From a virus: DNA of 64,000 nucleotides. Location of the stretch: IMG/VR virus record IMGVR_UViG_3300023179_006341, positions 15,520 to 79,519 of that record; one strand, written 5' to 3'. Of this stretch, positions 18,535 through 27,326 are shown in pieces. Numbering within the stretch: position 1 is the first letter of the stretch; each line of letters starts with the position of its first letter. The notes under the pieces were generated by a model. The model was not told the DNA's origin, made no database searches, and was given only the letters and a program-made list of their open reading frames with translations. A program made the translations under genes and the position numbers.

Positions 18535-19503
18535 ATGATTTTTGTAACAGGTGGATTAGGGTTTATAGGACATAATGTAGTAAGACAATTAGAGAAACGT
18601 AAGCATGAAGTACGCATTATTGATAATTGTACTAATTATGGTTTTGTGCCTAAAGACGAACTTTCTTATCTTGTAAAAGAACGTAAAAAACAGTTTAGTT
18701 CTATTCTACACAATTTTCACGTTGCTGATTCAAGGTTGCACATGGTGTTTAGCACACTTAAACCTAAAACTGTTATACATCTTGCTTCGATGCCTAGAGC
18801 AAAAATTGTAAACAATACTCCTACTATAGCAGCACGTACTATGATTGAAGGATTACTTAACTTACTTGAATTATGTACAAACAACAATGTCAAAAGATTT
18901 GTCTATGTTAGTAGTAGTATGGTATATGGTGATTGGGATGGTATTATTGATGAACATTACCCATGTAACCCAAAAGATATCTATGGCACACTAAAACTTA
19001 CAGGTGAAAAATTAGTTGAAATATGGGCACGTGATAACAACCGTGAATATAGTATATTGCGACCAAGTGCGGTGTACGGTCCGTTAGACGTAGAGGATAG
19101 AGTGCTCAGTAAATTCTTACTCAATGCAATGCGTGGACAAGATATTGTGGTAAAAGGAGAACAGGAAGTTTTAGATTTTACCTATGTTGAAGATGTTGCT
19201 TGGGGTATAACCAATGCAGCATTAAGTAATGTAGCAGTAAATAAAATTTATAATGTTACAAGAAATCAAGCAGATAGATGTACATTGCTAGATGTTGCAA
19301 ATATGGTGGTAGAAATGGTAGGAAAAGGTAATGTACGTGTTGAACCAAAAGACCCACGCTATCCAAGTCGTGGCAAGCTAAATTCAGAATTAGCTAAACA
19401 AGATTTTAATTTTAATCCTTATGTTGACATTGAAAACGGTTTGGAATGCTATTACAAGTGGCTCACAGAAAGCACCTATTGGCAATCAAAACTTAGCAAA
19501 TAG
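18535..19503 (+). CDS. NAD-dependent nucleotide-sugar epimerase/dehydratase
   Basis: TGGLGFIG, SSSMVYG, YGTLK, DFTYVED. Confidence 0.92.
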   Translation: MIFVTGGLGFIGHNVVRQLEKRKHEVRIIDNCTNYGFVPKDELSYLVKERKKQFSSILHNFHVADSRLHMVFSTLKPKTVIHLASMPRAKIVNNTPTIAARTMIEGLLNLLELCTNNNVKRFVYVSSSMVYGDWDGIIDEHYPCNPKDIYGTLKLTGEKLVEIWARDNNREYSILRPSAVYGPLDVEDRVLSKFLLNAMRGQDIVVKGEQEVLDFTYVEDVAWGITNAALSNVAVNKIYNVTRNQADRCTLLDVANMVVEMVGKGNVRVEPKDPRYPSRGKLNSELAKQDFNFNPYVDIENGLECYYKWLTESTYWQSKLSK

Positions 19504-20638
19504 TATACCATTTCATCGTTTAGACAGACAGTATGATTTGATAAAGGATGAGTTATTGTATGTCACCAATGAAGTATTAAAAAGTGGCAAGCTAGTCAAT
19601 GGTAGGTACAAGTTTGACTTAGAAGAATACTTTAGTAATTACTTAAATTTTAAACATGTATATGCAGTGCACAGTGGCACACAAGCCTTAGAAATTATTG
19701 CTGAGGCTAATAAATTAGCTACATCATACAGAAAACATGAATATCATATTCTTATACCTGATGTTAGCTATAAAGCTACATTACATGCTTTTGTCAGACA
19801 TGGTTATAAAGTTACATTAGTTGATGTTGACGCATATGGTATGATGAAGTGGGATGAAGTAACCAAAATAGTTGAATCTAATCCTGATACCATTTATGAT
19901 ATTTGTATTGTGGGGTTATATGGAGCAAAACCATACTATAATAATTATAAAGAAAGTGAGTTACGATTTAAAGCATTAAGCACAATTAGTATACGTGGTG
20001 GTAAAATATTTGAAGATGGTGCGCAACATTGGTTAAGTGGTAGAAATGAAATGTCCACTGCTATGGCAATAAGTTTAGATCCTACAAAAAACCTAAATGC
20101 TAGTGGTAATGGTGGTGTAATTTGTACTAGCTATGATAGTTTAGCGCATCATATTGAATCAATTTGTAAAAATGGTTCAGAAAATAATATACTTGCTACG
20201 CAGATAGGAACTAATAGTAAGTTAAGTGAAATTGATTGCGCACACGTTTTAGTACGTTCTAAGTATATTGAAGCATGGCAACAACGCAGAAAAGATATTG
20301 CTGCATACTATATGCGTGAATTTACTAAGCATGATATTGAAAACCTATGTGAATCTAAAGAAGAGCGTATGTATGCTTATCACAGCGTAAATAAGTTTGC
20401 CATTAGTATAGAAAATCGTGACCGTTTACAAGAATACCTTACATTAAATGGTATAGAGACTAAAATACATTATAAACGAAACTTATCAAGATATAGACTA
20501 GCTTATAATAATTGTTCTTTGTTAGAAAATTCTTGGCAATTTTGTGCGCATACATTATCTTTACCAATCTATCCTGAATTAACTGATGGTGAAGTTGAGC
20601 ACATAGTGCAAACAATTATTAAGTTCTTGTATAAATAA
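19421..20638 (+). CDS. DegT/DnrJ-family PLP sugar aminotransferase
   Basis: SGTQAL, EDGAQ, SLDPTKNL (PLP Lys), LSLPIYPEL; start uncertain. Confidence 0.88.
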   Translation: MLTLKTVWNAITSGSQKAPIGNQNLANSIPFHRLDRQYDLIKDELLYVTNEVLKSGKLVNGRYKFDLEEYFSNYLNFKHVYAVHSGTQALEIIAEANKLATSYRKHEYHILIPDVSYKATLHAFVRHGYKVTLVDVDAYGMMKWDEVTKIVESNPDTIYDICIVGLYGAKPYYNNYKESELRFKALSTISIRGGKIFEDGAQHWLSGRNEMSTAMAISLDPTKNLNASGNGGVICTSYDSLAHHIESICKNGSENNILATQIGTNSKLSEIDCAHVLVRSKYIEAWQQRRKDIAAYYMREFTKHDIENLCESKEERMYAYHSVNKFAISIENRDRLQEYLTLNGIETKIHYKRNLSRYRLAYNNCSLLENSWQFCAHTLSLPIYPELTDGEVEHIVQTIIKFLYK

Positions 20639-20642
20639 CAAT

Positions 20643-21149
20643 ATGTGGATATTATCTCTTTTACCTGAGTGGGCTATTCATGCAATATTTGCTGCGGGAG
20701 CAGTTGGTATCATTCTAGGATTTGTACTAGGATTCATTCCATTCGTAAATAAATACAAACTTCCTATACAGATTATAAGCATTTTAGTATTTGCTTTTGG
20801 TGTATATCTTGAAGGTGGGTATGCAAATGAAATGATTTGGCAAATGAAAGTCAAAGAAATGGAAGTAAAAATTAAAGAAGCTGAAGTAAAAGCAGCACAA
20901 AAGAATGTAGAAATTCAAGAAAAAGTAGTCACTCAAACTCAAATTGTAAAAGAAAAAGGTCAAGATATTATTAAATATGTGGATAGGTATAGAGACCGTG
21001 AAATTCTCAAAACAGTAGAAGGACCTGAACGTGTTAAGATTGAAGAAGTCATTAAGTTTGTAGAAAATTGTCCTATTCCACAAGATATAATTGATGCGCA
21101 TAATACTGCTGCCAAAATGAATGAAGCAGCAAAAGGTGATAAAAAATGA
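20643..21149 (+). CDS. putative i-spanin (Rz-like)
   Basis: N-terminal TM helices, coiled coil, late promoter at 20630, overlaps a lipoprotein gene. Confidence 0.65.
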   Translation: MWILSLLPEWAIHAIFAAGAVGIILGFVLGFIPFVNKYKLPIQIISILVFAFGVYLEGGYANEMIWQMKVKEMEVKIKEAEVKAAQKNVEIQEKVVTQTQIVKEKGQDIIKYVDRYRDREILKTVEGPERVKIEEVIKFVENCPIPQDIIDAHNTAAKMNEAAKGDKK

Positions 21150-21454
21150 CAATCTCCAATGATGTTCGTTTTTTGATTGCTGTATGTTTTATCATGTTAT
21201 TGATTACTTTAGGTGGATGTTCACTATTTGAAAAGCAACCTATCCCTGTAAAACGTGAATTTCCACAAGCCACGCCTGAATTAATGAAAAAATGTGAGCA
21301 ACTTAAAACCATACAAGGTGACAAAGTTGCTATTACAGAAATGTTAAAAACTGTAGTAGAAAATTATACGTTATATTATCAATGCTCAACTAAAGTAGAA
21401 GGTTGGCAAGAATGGTATACAGAACAGAAAAAGATTTTTGATGAAGTAAAATAA
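21146..21454 (+). CDS. putative o-spanin lipoprotein (Rz1-like)
   Basis: LGGC lipobox; P..LM..C and YYQC..W motifs. Confidence 0.7.
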   Translation: MTISNDVRFLIAVCFIMLLITLGGCSLFEKQPIPVKREFPQATPELMKKCEQLKTIQGDKVAITEMLKTVVENYTLYYQCSTKVEGWQEWYTEQKKIFDEVK

Positions 21455-21463
21455 GGACATAAA

Positions 21464-21718
21464 ATGAACAAATTACTAGTTATTGGTGCAGTAGTTTTGT
21501 TAGCAGGATGTGCATCAAGCAAAGATCAACTATACTATGATGCTGCTAAAGCTATTAGCAAAGACAATACCATGAGTCAAACTGCTTGTTGGGCAGCTAT
21601 TTCAGATATTGCCAAAGGTGGTGGTGAAGGTGCTAAAGTTGGTGCAATTAGTCTTGCTGACAAGTGCAAGAACGAAACCATGAAGATTGAACGTCCTAGA
21701 AATTGGATTGGATTATAA
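21464..21718 (+). CDS. small lipoprotein
   Basis: LAGC lipobox, AAGGA RBS. Confidence 0.7.
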   Translation: MNKLLVIGAVVLLAGCASSKDQLYYDAAKAISKDNTMSQTACWAAISDIAKGGGEGAKVGAISLADKCKNETMKIERPRNWIGL

Positions 21719-22474
21719 TAGTTTAGCTATTTGTATAGCTAGTTCATCATTACGTGGTGCATCAGGTAAATCGTTATCGTTAATATCACGATATCCAATG
21801 ATTGGAAACTCTACGTTTTCATTTCTAATAAATCGTTGTATTAGTTCTTTTGGTGCAGCAATACCATCAGCATCCATTAATTGACCATTAGGCAATTCTA
21901 ACACAGCATGATCTGCACGTTTGCCATACGGTGTGTCTGCAATTAGTACAACCACTTTACCGCCATATTTTTTCTGTAGTGCTTGGGCAAAAACTACACA
22001 CCCACCGTCAAACGGTCCGCTATCCGTGTGGTGTACTAATAATGTATATATTTTGTTCTTATTTTTAAATGGAAATTTACCTTCATGTATGATTTTTCTA
22101 GCTATTATACCATGACCAACAGGATATTCTTTATTAAACCTAATAGGTTGTAGCATAGGGTATAGGTATTTTGTTGTACCACATTGTATATCAAACTTAG
22201 AACCACGTGGTACAAGGTGTTTACGCTCTAGTTTTCTAAATGTTTCTTCATCTACAACAATAGGTTCGCCAACAATGACTGAACCTATAGCAACTGCCTT
22301 ACCTGTACCTGTACGAACGATGCCAACACGTTTACCTATGTATGGGTTTAAAGATGGTCCACGCCTACTTTCGTAATACTTTTTACCATCTACAATAAGA
22401 TCAGCATAGTGTATATCACCATCGCTACGTATGTTTATGCCAATGGATGGTATATCAAACTCATTAAACTTCAT
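21713..22474 (-). CDS. ASCH-like domain + papain/transglutaminase-like domain protein
   Basis: YADLIVDGKK..ESR (ASCH); after IHE: GGCVVFAQAL..HAV..DADG (Cys-His-Asp). Confidence 0.6.
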   Translation of the reverse strand: MKFNEFDIPSIGINIRSDGDIHYADLIVDGKKYYESRRGPSLNPYIGKRVGIVRTGTGKAVAIGSVIVGEPIVVDEETFRKLERKHLVPRGSKFDIQCGTTKYLYPMLQPIRFNKEYPVGHGIIARKIIHEGKFPFKNKNKIYTLLVHHTDSGPFDGGCVVFAQALQKKYGGKVVVLIADTPYGKRADHAVLELPNGQLMDADGIAAPKELIQRFIRNENVEFPIIGYRDINDNDLPDAPRNDELAIQIAKLL

Positions 22475-22494
22475 TTATTATAGCTTTCGTTTTA

Positions 22495-23355
22495 TTAAAT
22501 TACAAATATTTTACCAACACTAGAGTTTAAAACGTCATCAAACATATAATTCATATCATTAGCTAATCGTTCAGATGCTTCCTTTCGTTCATTTTCATCA
22601 CGATATTCAGGTTTAATATTTAAATACTGTGTTGGATTACCAAAAACTTTACGTCCATATCCTAGGTTAGTTGGTAAGGGATTTAGTGTTACAGTGCCTG
22701 TACCTAAATATTGTGCAAATAATTCATACAAAAATTCATAAGGTCTACGAATTTGTCCTGTGCGACTACTGCGCTGTGTACCAATAGCATTGAATAATGC
22801 ATTGTATTCAGGAGTTAATTCTAAACTAAAGTTAGTATTAAATCTTGCTGATATCCTGCTGTAGTATTCTGCGAGCATATTGTTTACAGCACTAAAAAAA
22901 TGCTTTTCAGCTTCTGACCAAGTACTCCATCCTCTATTGTTTCTTGTACCTGCTTGTATAGCATGTCCAAAACGATGTGCCATTATCCATGGTGTAAGCA
23001 TCACTCTAGCATCACCTTTATTACCAACAAAGACTACGGTTATTGCGTCATCACTTCCATCAATGATTTGATCAGATTGCTTTCCAAAAATAGTTCTAAT
23101 TTGATCAGTTGTCATTGGGCCATATTCTATATATTTGCCTGTGCCACTGATGTTACTAAAAAATAATCTAAAATCATATGGAGTTTTTTCAAAAAACTTT
23201 TGTGTTTTTAACTTATTAGTAGGATGTGGAACTAATCTTCTATCAACAGGATTAAATGGTCCTGATTTTGCAAAATCCCCCATCGGTTGGTAAGTGGACA
23301 ATGCCATTTCATCAATGTCATCACTTGATTCAGTAATAAATTCAGTAGCTCTCAT
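22495..23355 (-). CDS. putative internal head protein with degenerate HxxxH zincin motif
   Basis: N-terminus MRATEFITE; TPWIMAHRFGHA..ELFAQY. Confidence 0.6.
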   Translation of the reverse strand: MRATEFITESSDDIDEMALSTYQPMGDFAKSGPFNPVDRRLVPHPTNKLKTQKFFEKTPYDFRLFFSNISGTGKYIEYGPMTTDQIRTIFGKQSDQIIDGSDDAITVVFVGNKGDARVMLTPWIMAHRFGHAIQAGTRNNRGWSTWSEAEKHFFSAVNNMLAEYYSRISARFNTNFSLELTPEYNALFNAIGTQRSSRTGQIRRPYEFLYELFAQYLGTGTVTLNPLPTNLGYGRKVFGNPTQYLNIKPEYRDENERKEASERLANDMNYMFDDVLNSSVGKIFVI

Positions 23356-23387
23356 TTATATATTTATGAACAACGCTAAATATTATA

Positions 23388-24851
23388 ATGGATAAAAAGC
23401 ACAAAAAATTACTAAAGTTTACTGATTGGGTTATTGGTCGTTTAGGCATAAAAAATAAACCACAGATACGCTTTAGTGATGACAAATCGGAAGTTACCAA
23501 ACATAGAACATTTGGTTCGACCACCCCTAATAATACCATATGGGTGCATGTTGGTGACCGTAATACAGCAGATGTTATGCGTACATTATGCCATGAATTA
23601 GTACATGCAAAACAATTTGAAATTGGTACCGCTAAAGCAAAGATGGCTCCAAAGCGTGAACAAGGCATAGAAGATGAGGCCAATGCAGTAGCAGGACGTA
23701 TGATGCGTAAGTATGGTAAGATGGATGCCACCATTTATGAGAGTAAAGAACGTGCATGTTGTGCAGAATTACGTCAAGGTTTACTTAAGTTAGAAAAGAC
23801 TGATTACGATACGATTGATCGTTTAATGAAGAAAATAGCCAAAAAGCATAACATTACTCCAAAACAATTACATGATTACTTTGTTGAAACACATGGTGTT
23901 ATACCTGATACATGGATTAAAAACAAGAAGAAAGAGTTAAAAGAAAGTGATTTAGGCGAATATAAAATTGTTAATATTCCTGAATTTAGGATACAGGAGT
24001 TGATTAAAAGCGGTAATGAACACAAAGATACGATGAAAATTATTAAATCACCTGTAAGTGATTTATTTAGAGTGAGATTAGATATAGAACATCCATATCG
24101 TGATTATTTTTTATATGATAAGAAAAATGATGTGTGTGTTGGTGCAGTATCTATTGAAACTGTTACTTCAATCCCAAGAAAAGCTTTTAATGCTATATTA
24201 AAAACTAATGTAGCTGTTGTTAGCCCACATATTGTATTGGATAAAGCATACCGTCAAAGTGGGTTAGGCAGTAGAATATATTCTAGTTTTTTATATAGTA
24301 AAAATTGGGTGTTTATTACGGATAGACATACTGAAGCAGCATCTAAGTTATGGAATGCTTTAAGTAGTAAAAATGGTTTTGTGACATTATTTTATGATGT
24401 TGTCCAACAGAAAGTAGTTAATGATGTAAACGAAAATACCTTTCGTTTAATTGGTGCACCTGAACATTTTAAAATTAAGTTATCAGAAAGTCGTGAAGGG
24501 TCATTAACGCATGAAGTAGCAGATAGTTTACCACATGCTTATGTATTACCTGACATTAATAGTGGTAATCCATATTTACAATACAAGTTTGGGGTGGCTA
24601 TTGCTTCAGCACGTGGCGCACAATCACGTAAAGATGATAATATTAACCCATTTGATGAAAACGGTATGACAGACGTATTTTCAGATAAAGAATTTGTAGT
24701 AAGTTTTGACCCACATATTGATGAAATTATTACTGCAGCATTGAAAAAAATTGGTATGCCTAATAACAAAAAGCAAGTTGGGGTAAAAGGTAGTAAAGAA
24801 AGCAATGATGTTGCCAAAGTAAGCCCTGTTATAGGATTTAAGGGGTTCTAA
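23388..24851 (+). CDS. modular protein: HExxH peptidase-like / helical / GNAT-like / C-terminal module
   Basis: TLCHELVH..E.EANA; YRQSGLGSRIY and AASKLW; modules separated by IYES, LKES, LSES. Confidence 0.7.
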   Translation: MDKKHKKLLKFTDWVIGRLGIKNKPQIRFSDDKSEVTKHRTFGSTTPNNTIWVHVGDRNTADVMRTLCHELVHAKQFEIGTAKAKMAPKREQGIEDEANAVAGRMMRKYGKMDATIYESKERACCAELRQGLLKLEKTDYDTIDRLMKKIAKKHNITPKQLHDYFVETHGVIPDTWIKNKKKELKESDLGEYKIVNIPEFRIQELIKSGNEHKDTMKIIKSPVSDLFRVRLDIEHPYRDYFLYDKKNDVCVGAVSIETVTSIPRKAFNAILKTNVAVVSPHIVLDKAYRQSGLGSRIYSSFLYSKNWVFITDRHTEAASKLWNALSSKNGFVTLFYDVVQQKVVNDVNENTFRLIGAPEHFKIKLSESREGSLTHEVADSLPHAYVLPDINSGNPYLQYKFGVAIASARGAQSRKDDNINPFDENGMTDVFSDKEFVVSFDPHIDEIITAALKKIGMPNNKKQVGVKGSKESNDVAKVSPVIGFKGF

Positions 24852-24852
24852 A

Positions 24853-25527
24853 ATGAAAATCGTAGAAATTATTAATGAAGATACAGTTAATGAAATAAAT
24901 TGGCGTAAAGCTGCTGCTACAGGTGCAACCGCATTGGCTGCGATGGGTGCATTAGGCAAAGCAGATGCAAGCGACAATACTAGAAGGGTAAGTCCACAAG
25001 CAGATGGCTCAATGAGCCAAAGTTTTGCACAGCAAGTTGCTGCAAACGCACCGAAGATACAAGTAGTTAAACCATTAGCCAATGATTTTGAACAAATTGT
25101 CTATAAAGATACACATAGTAATAGATTTCTTAATGGGGTAAGAGATACTGCAGATGGTACTATTATATTACAAAGTGGTGCTGATAGTTTTCAAATTATA
25201 AGAGTTGCTAATGGTAAGGAAACAATTGATTATGTTAGTTCTAGAGTTTTGGGAAATGATACAAAAGCAGCTTTACAATCAATAGCTAACAAATCAGATT
25301 CACAGCCAATGGCTCAACCTACTCAAAATGTTTCAGTTAAAGGAAATACACTAAGCTACAATGGAAAAGACTATAACATTGTTAGAATTAACAAAGATGG
25401 TTTACAGCCAAGGATAAGCAGGTTTGATGCTAAAGTATTAGTAGCATATCCTGATTTAGGAATTAGAAGCTTAGGATCTGCTAATGCAACTTTAGCAGGT
25501 GATACTGCTTACGTTTATATGGACTAA
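24853..25527 (+). CDS. putative internal head protein with cryptic hydrophobic helix
   Basis: MKIVEIINE..VNE-INWRKAAATGATALAAMGALG. Confidence 0.65.
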   Translation: MKIVEIINEDTVNEINWRKAAATGATALAAMGALGKADASDNTRRVSPQADGSMSQSFAQQVAANAPKIQVVKPLANDFEQIVYKDTHSNRFLNGVRDTADGTIILQSGADSFQIIRVANGKETIDYVSSRVLGNDTKAALQSIANKSDSQPMAQPTQNVSVKGNTLSYNGKDYNIVRINKDGLQPRISRFDAKVLVAYPDLGIRSLGSANATLAGDTAYVYMD

Positions 25528-25528
25528 C

Positions 25529-25963
25529 ATGAGAATATACGAAATATTAAAAGAAGATGCGGAAGACCGCCCACATTTATCAAAAGATCAGCTTGATGCG
25601 GTTGAACGTTTTGCTGATAAGTTATGGGAAAAATTAGGTATCGATGTAAAATTTGGTAGTCATTTTTTAGAACGATTATATCGTCGTGAAAATGATCCAC
25701 CCATTTCAGGGGCAGAATTAGTTCGTTTATTTAAACAAGAGTATCAAAAATATGGTAAAGAGATTGCATCATTACCACCTGAAACTGAAGGTGTGTTTAT
25801 GGATTTATTGACTAACGTAAACTTACCCTTTGTTATTAAGCAACGTGACGAAGATGAACCAAAGAAAATATTAGGGCAAACGATTATGCGTAAACCTAGT
25901 AATACAGTAAAGGGTGAATTTGTGCCTAAAGGTAAACCTTATAAAATTGGTAGAACGGATTAA
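25529..25963 (+). CDS. putative internal head protein
   Basis: Start at MRIYEILKE; HFLERL..R.N. Confidence 0.65.
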   Translation: MRIYEILKEDAEDRPHLSKDQLDAVERFADKLWEKLGIDVKFGSHFLERLYRRENDPPISGAELVRLFKQEYQKYGKEIASLPPETEGVFMDLLTNVNLPFVIKQRDEDEPKKILGQTIMRKPSNTVKGEFVPKGKPYKIGRTD

Positions 25964-25970
25964 ATACAAT

Positions 25971-26342
25971 ATGCGAGCAAAAGAATTTATAACAGAACAA
26001 AACAGTATTGGCGAACCACCTGTTCGTGCAAAAGAAGCTTCACGTGGTTTACATAAATTTCGTGACTTAGAAGGTATGGATCGTATTTACGAACTTAACC
26101 GTGTGATGATGGCAGTTGCCTGTACTGATGGAACTAAACCCGTAACGCTAGATTCTGAAAGTTATACAGGGCGTTACAATACTGCACATCCTTATACAAA
26201 ACAAGAACAAGATATGTTAAAAGTGGCATATGCTGCCGTAGGGTCAGATATGCATGATTTTAATGATGGTGATATGCGTAGTTTAGAAGTTAAAGATACA
26301 AATAAAACAAGCCCAATTCAGTCATTCAAAGGCTTCAAGTAA
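25971..26342 (+). CDS. putative internal head protein, paralogous to the last module of 23388..24851
   Basis: MRAKEFITE; ends SPIQSFKGFK. Confidence 0.65.
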   Translation: MRAKEFITEQNSIGEPPVRAKEASRGLHKFRDLEGMDRIYELNRVMMAVACTDGTKPVTLDSESYTGRYNTAHPYTKQEQDMLKVAYAAVGSDMHDFNDGDMRSLEVKDTNKTSPIQSFKGFK

Positions 26343-26392
26343 AAAATTATCTCCGTCATGCAACAGCATAAGTAGTTACACAGAGGACTACT

Positions 26393-27088
26393 ATGAAAAA
26401 TATTGATATTAACAAAACAATCGATGGTGTTAAATTAAAATGGTACCATGAATGGTTAGCTACTCATATCTATGATGAAGGTGAAAGTGGCTTTCATGAA
26501 CAACTTACAAGACAGGTTGTAACAAAGTATGTTGACCCTATTCAATTACCTAAAGATGCTAAAATTTTAGACATGGGCTGTGGTCCAGGCTACTTTATGA
26601 ACGAAATGAAGCAACGTGGTTATACCAATTACCTTGGTATTACCTTAAGTCAAGGTGATATTGATATATGTAATAAAAATGGACATAAAGTTGAGTCATA
26701 CGATTTGAGCTTTTTACCTCAAGAAAAGGGATATATAGATGAGTCAGTTGATTTTATCTTTTGTCGCCATGCATTAGAACATAGCCCATATCCATTGTTT
26801 ACTTTGGTTGAATATAATCGTGTGCTAAAACAAGGTTCTAAATTATATATTGAAGTACCCGCACCTGATTGTGAACGTATGCATGAATTTAACATTAATC
26901 ACTATAGCATTTTTGGTGAACGTATGTTAGCAGCTTTACTACAGCGTACAGGATTTACAATTAATTTGTTTGAAAATTTAGAATTTGATCTTAATATGGG
27001 TCAAAATGAAGATGGTACACCACGTGCAGTACGTGAAAAGTTTTACTGTATCGTTGCTACAAAGGCTAGACCACTCGATTTAAAATAA
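26393..27088 (+). CDS. class I SAM-dependent methyltransferase
   Basis: ILDMGCGPG, DFIFCRHALEH, RVLKQG. Confidence 0.88.
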   Translation: MKNIDINKTIDGVKLKWYHEWLATHIYDEGESGFHEQLTRQVVTKYVDPIQLPKDAKILDMGCGPGYFMNEMKQRGYTNYLGITLSQGDIDICNKNGHKVESYDLSFLPQEKGYIDESVDFIFCRHALEHSPYPLFTLVEYNRVLKQGSKLYIEVPAPDCERMHEFNINHYSIFGERMLAALLQRTGFTINLFENLEFDLNMGQNEDGTPRAVREKFYCIVATKARPLDLK

Positions 27089-27105
27089 CACTCATAAATA
27101 TCTTT

Positions 27106-27300
27106 ATGAGTGATTTAGATGATTTAAGAAAATTGGCAGGTATTACCCTGCCAAATTCTTCTGATTATGGTGCAGCGATTAGTATGTCTGCTACCCAAAA
27201 AGCGCAAATAATGCGAGAGAAAAATATTAGGCCTGGCGATCCTGCATGGTTTAAGTTATGGTTTTCCCAAACACATCTAACAGGAGAAAAACCAATTTAG
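27106..27300 (+). CDS. small late protein
   Basis: CATAAATA upstream; LRKLAGI; IRPGDPAWFKLWF. Confidence 0.65.
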   Translation: MSDLDDLRKLAGITLPNSSDYGAAISMSATQKAQIMREKNIRPGDPAWFKLWFSQTHLTGEKPI

Positions 27301-27326
27301 ATAAATAAATTAATAGAGAAACTATT

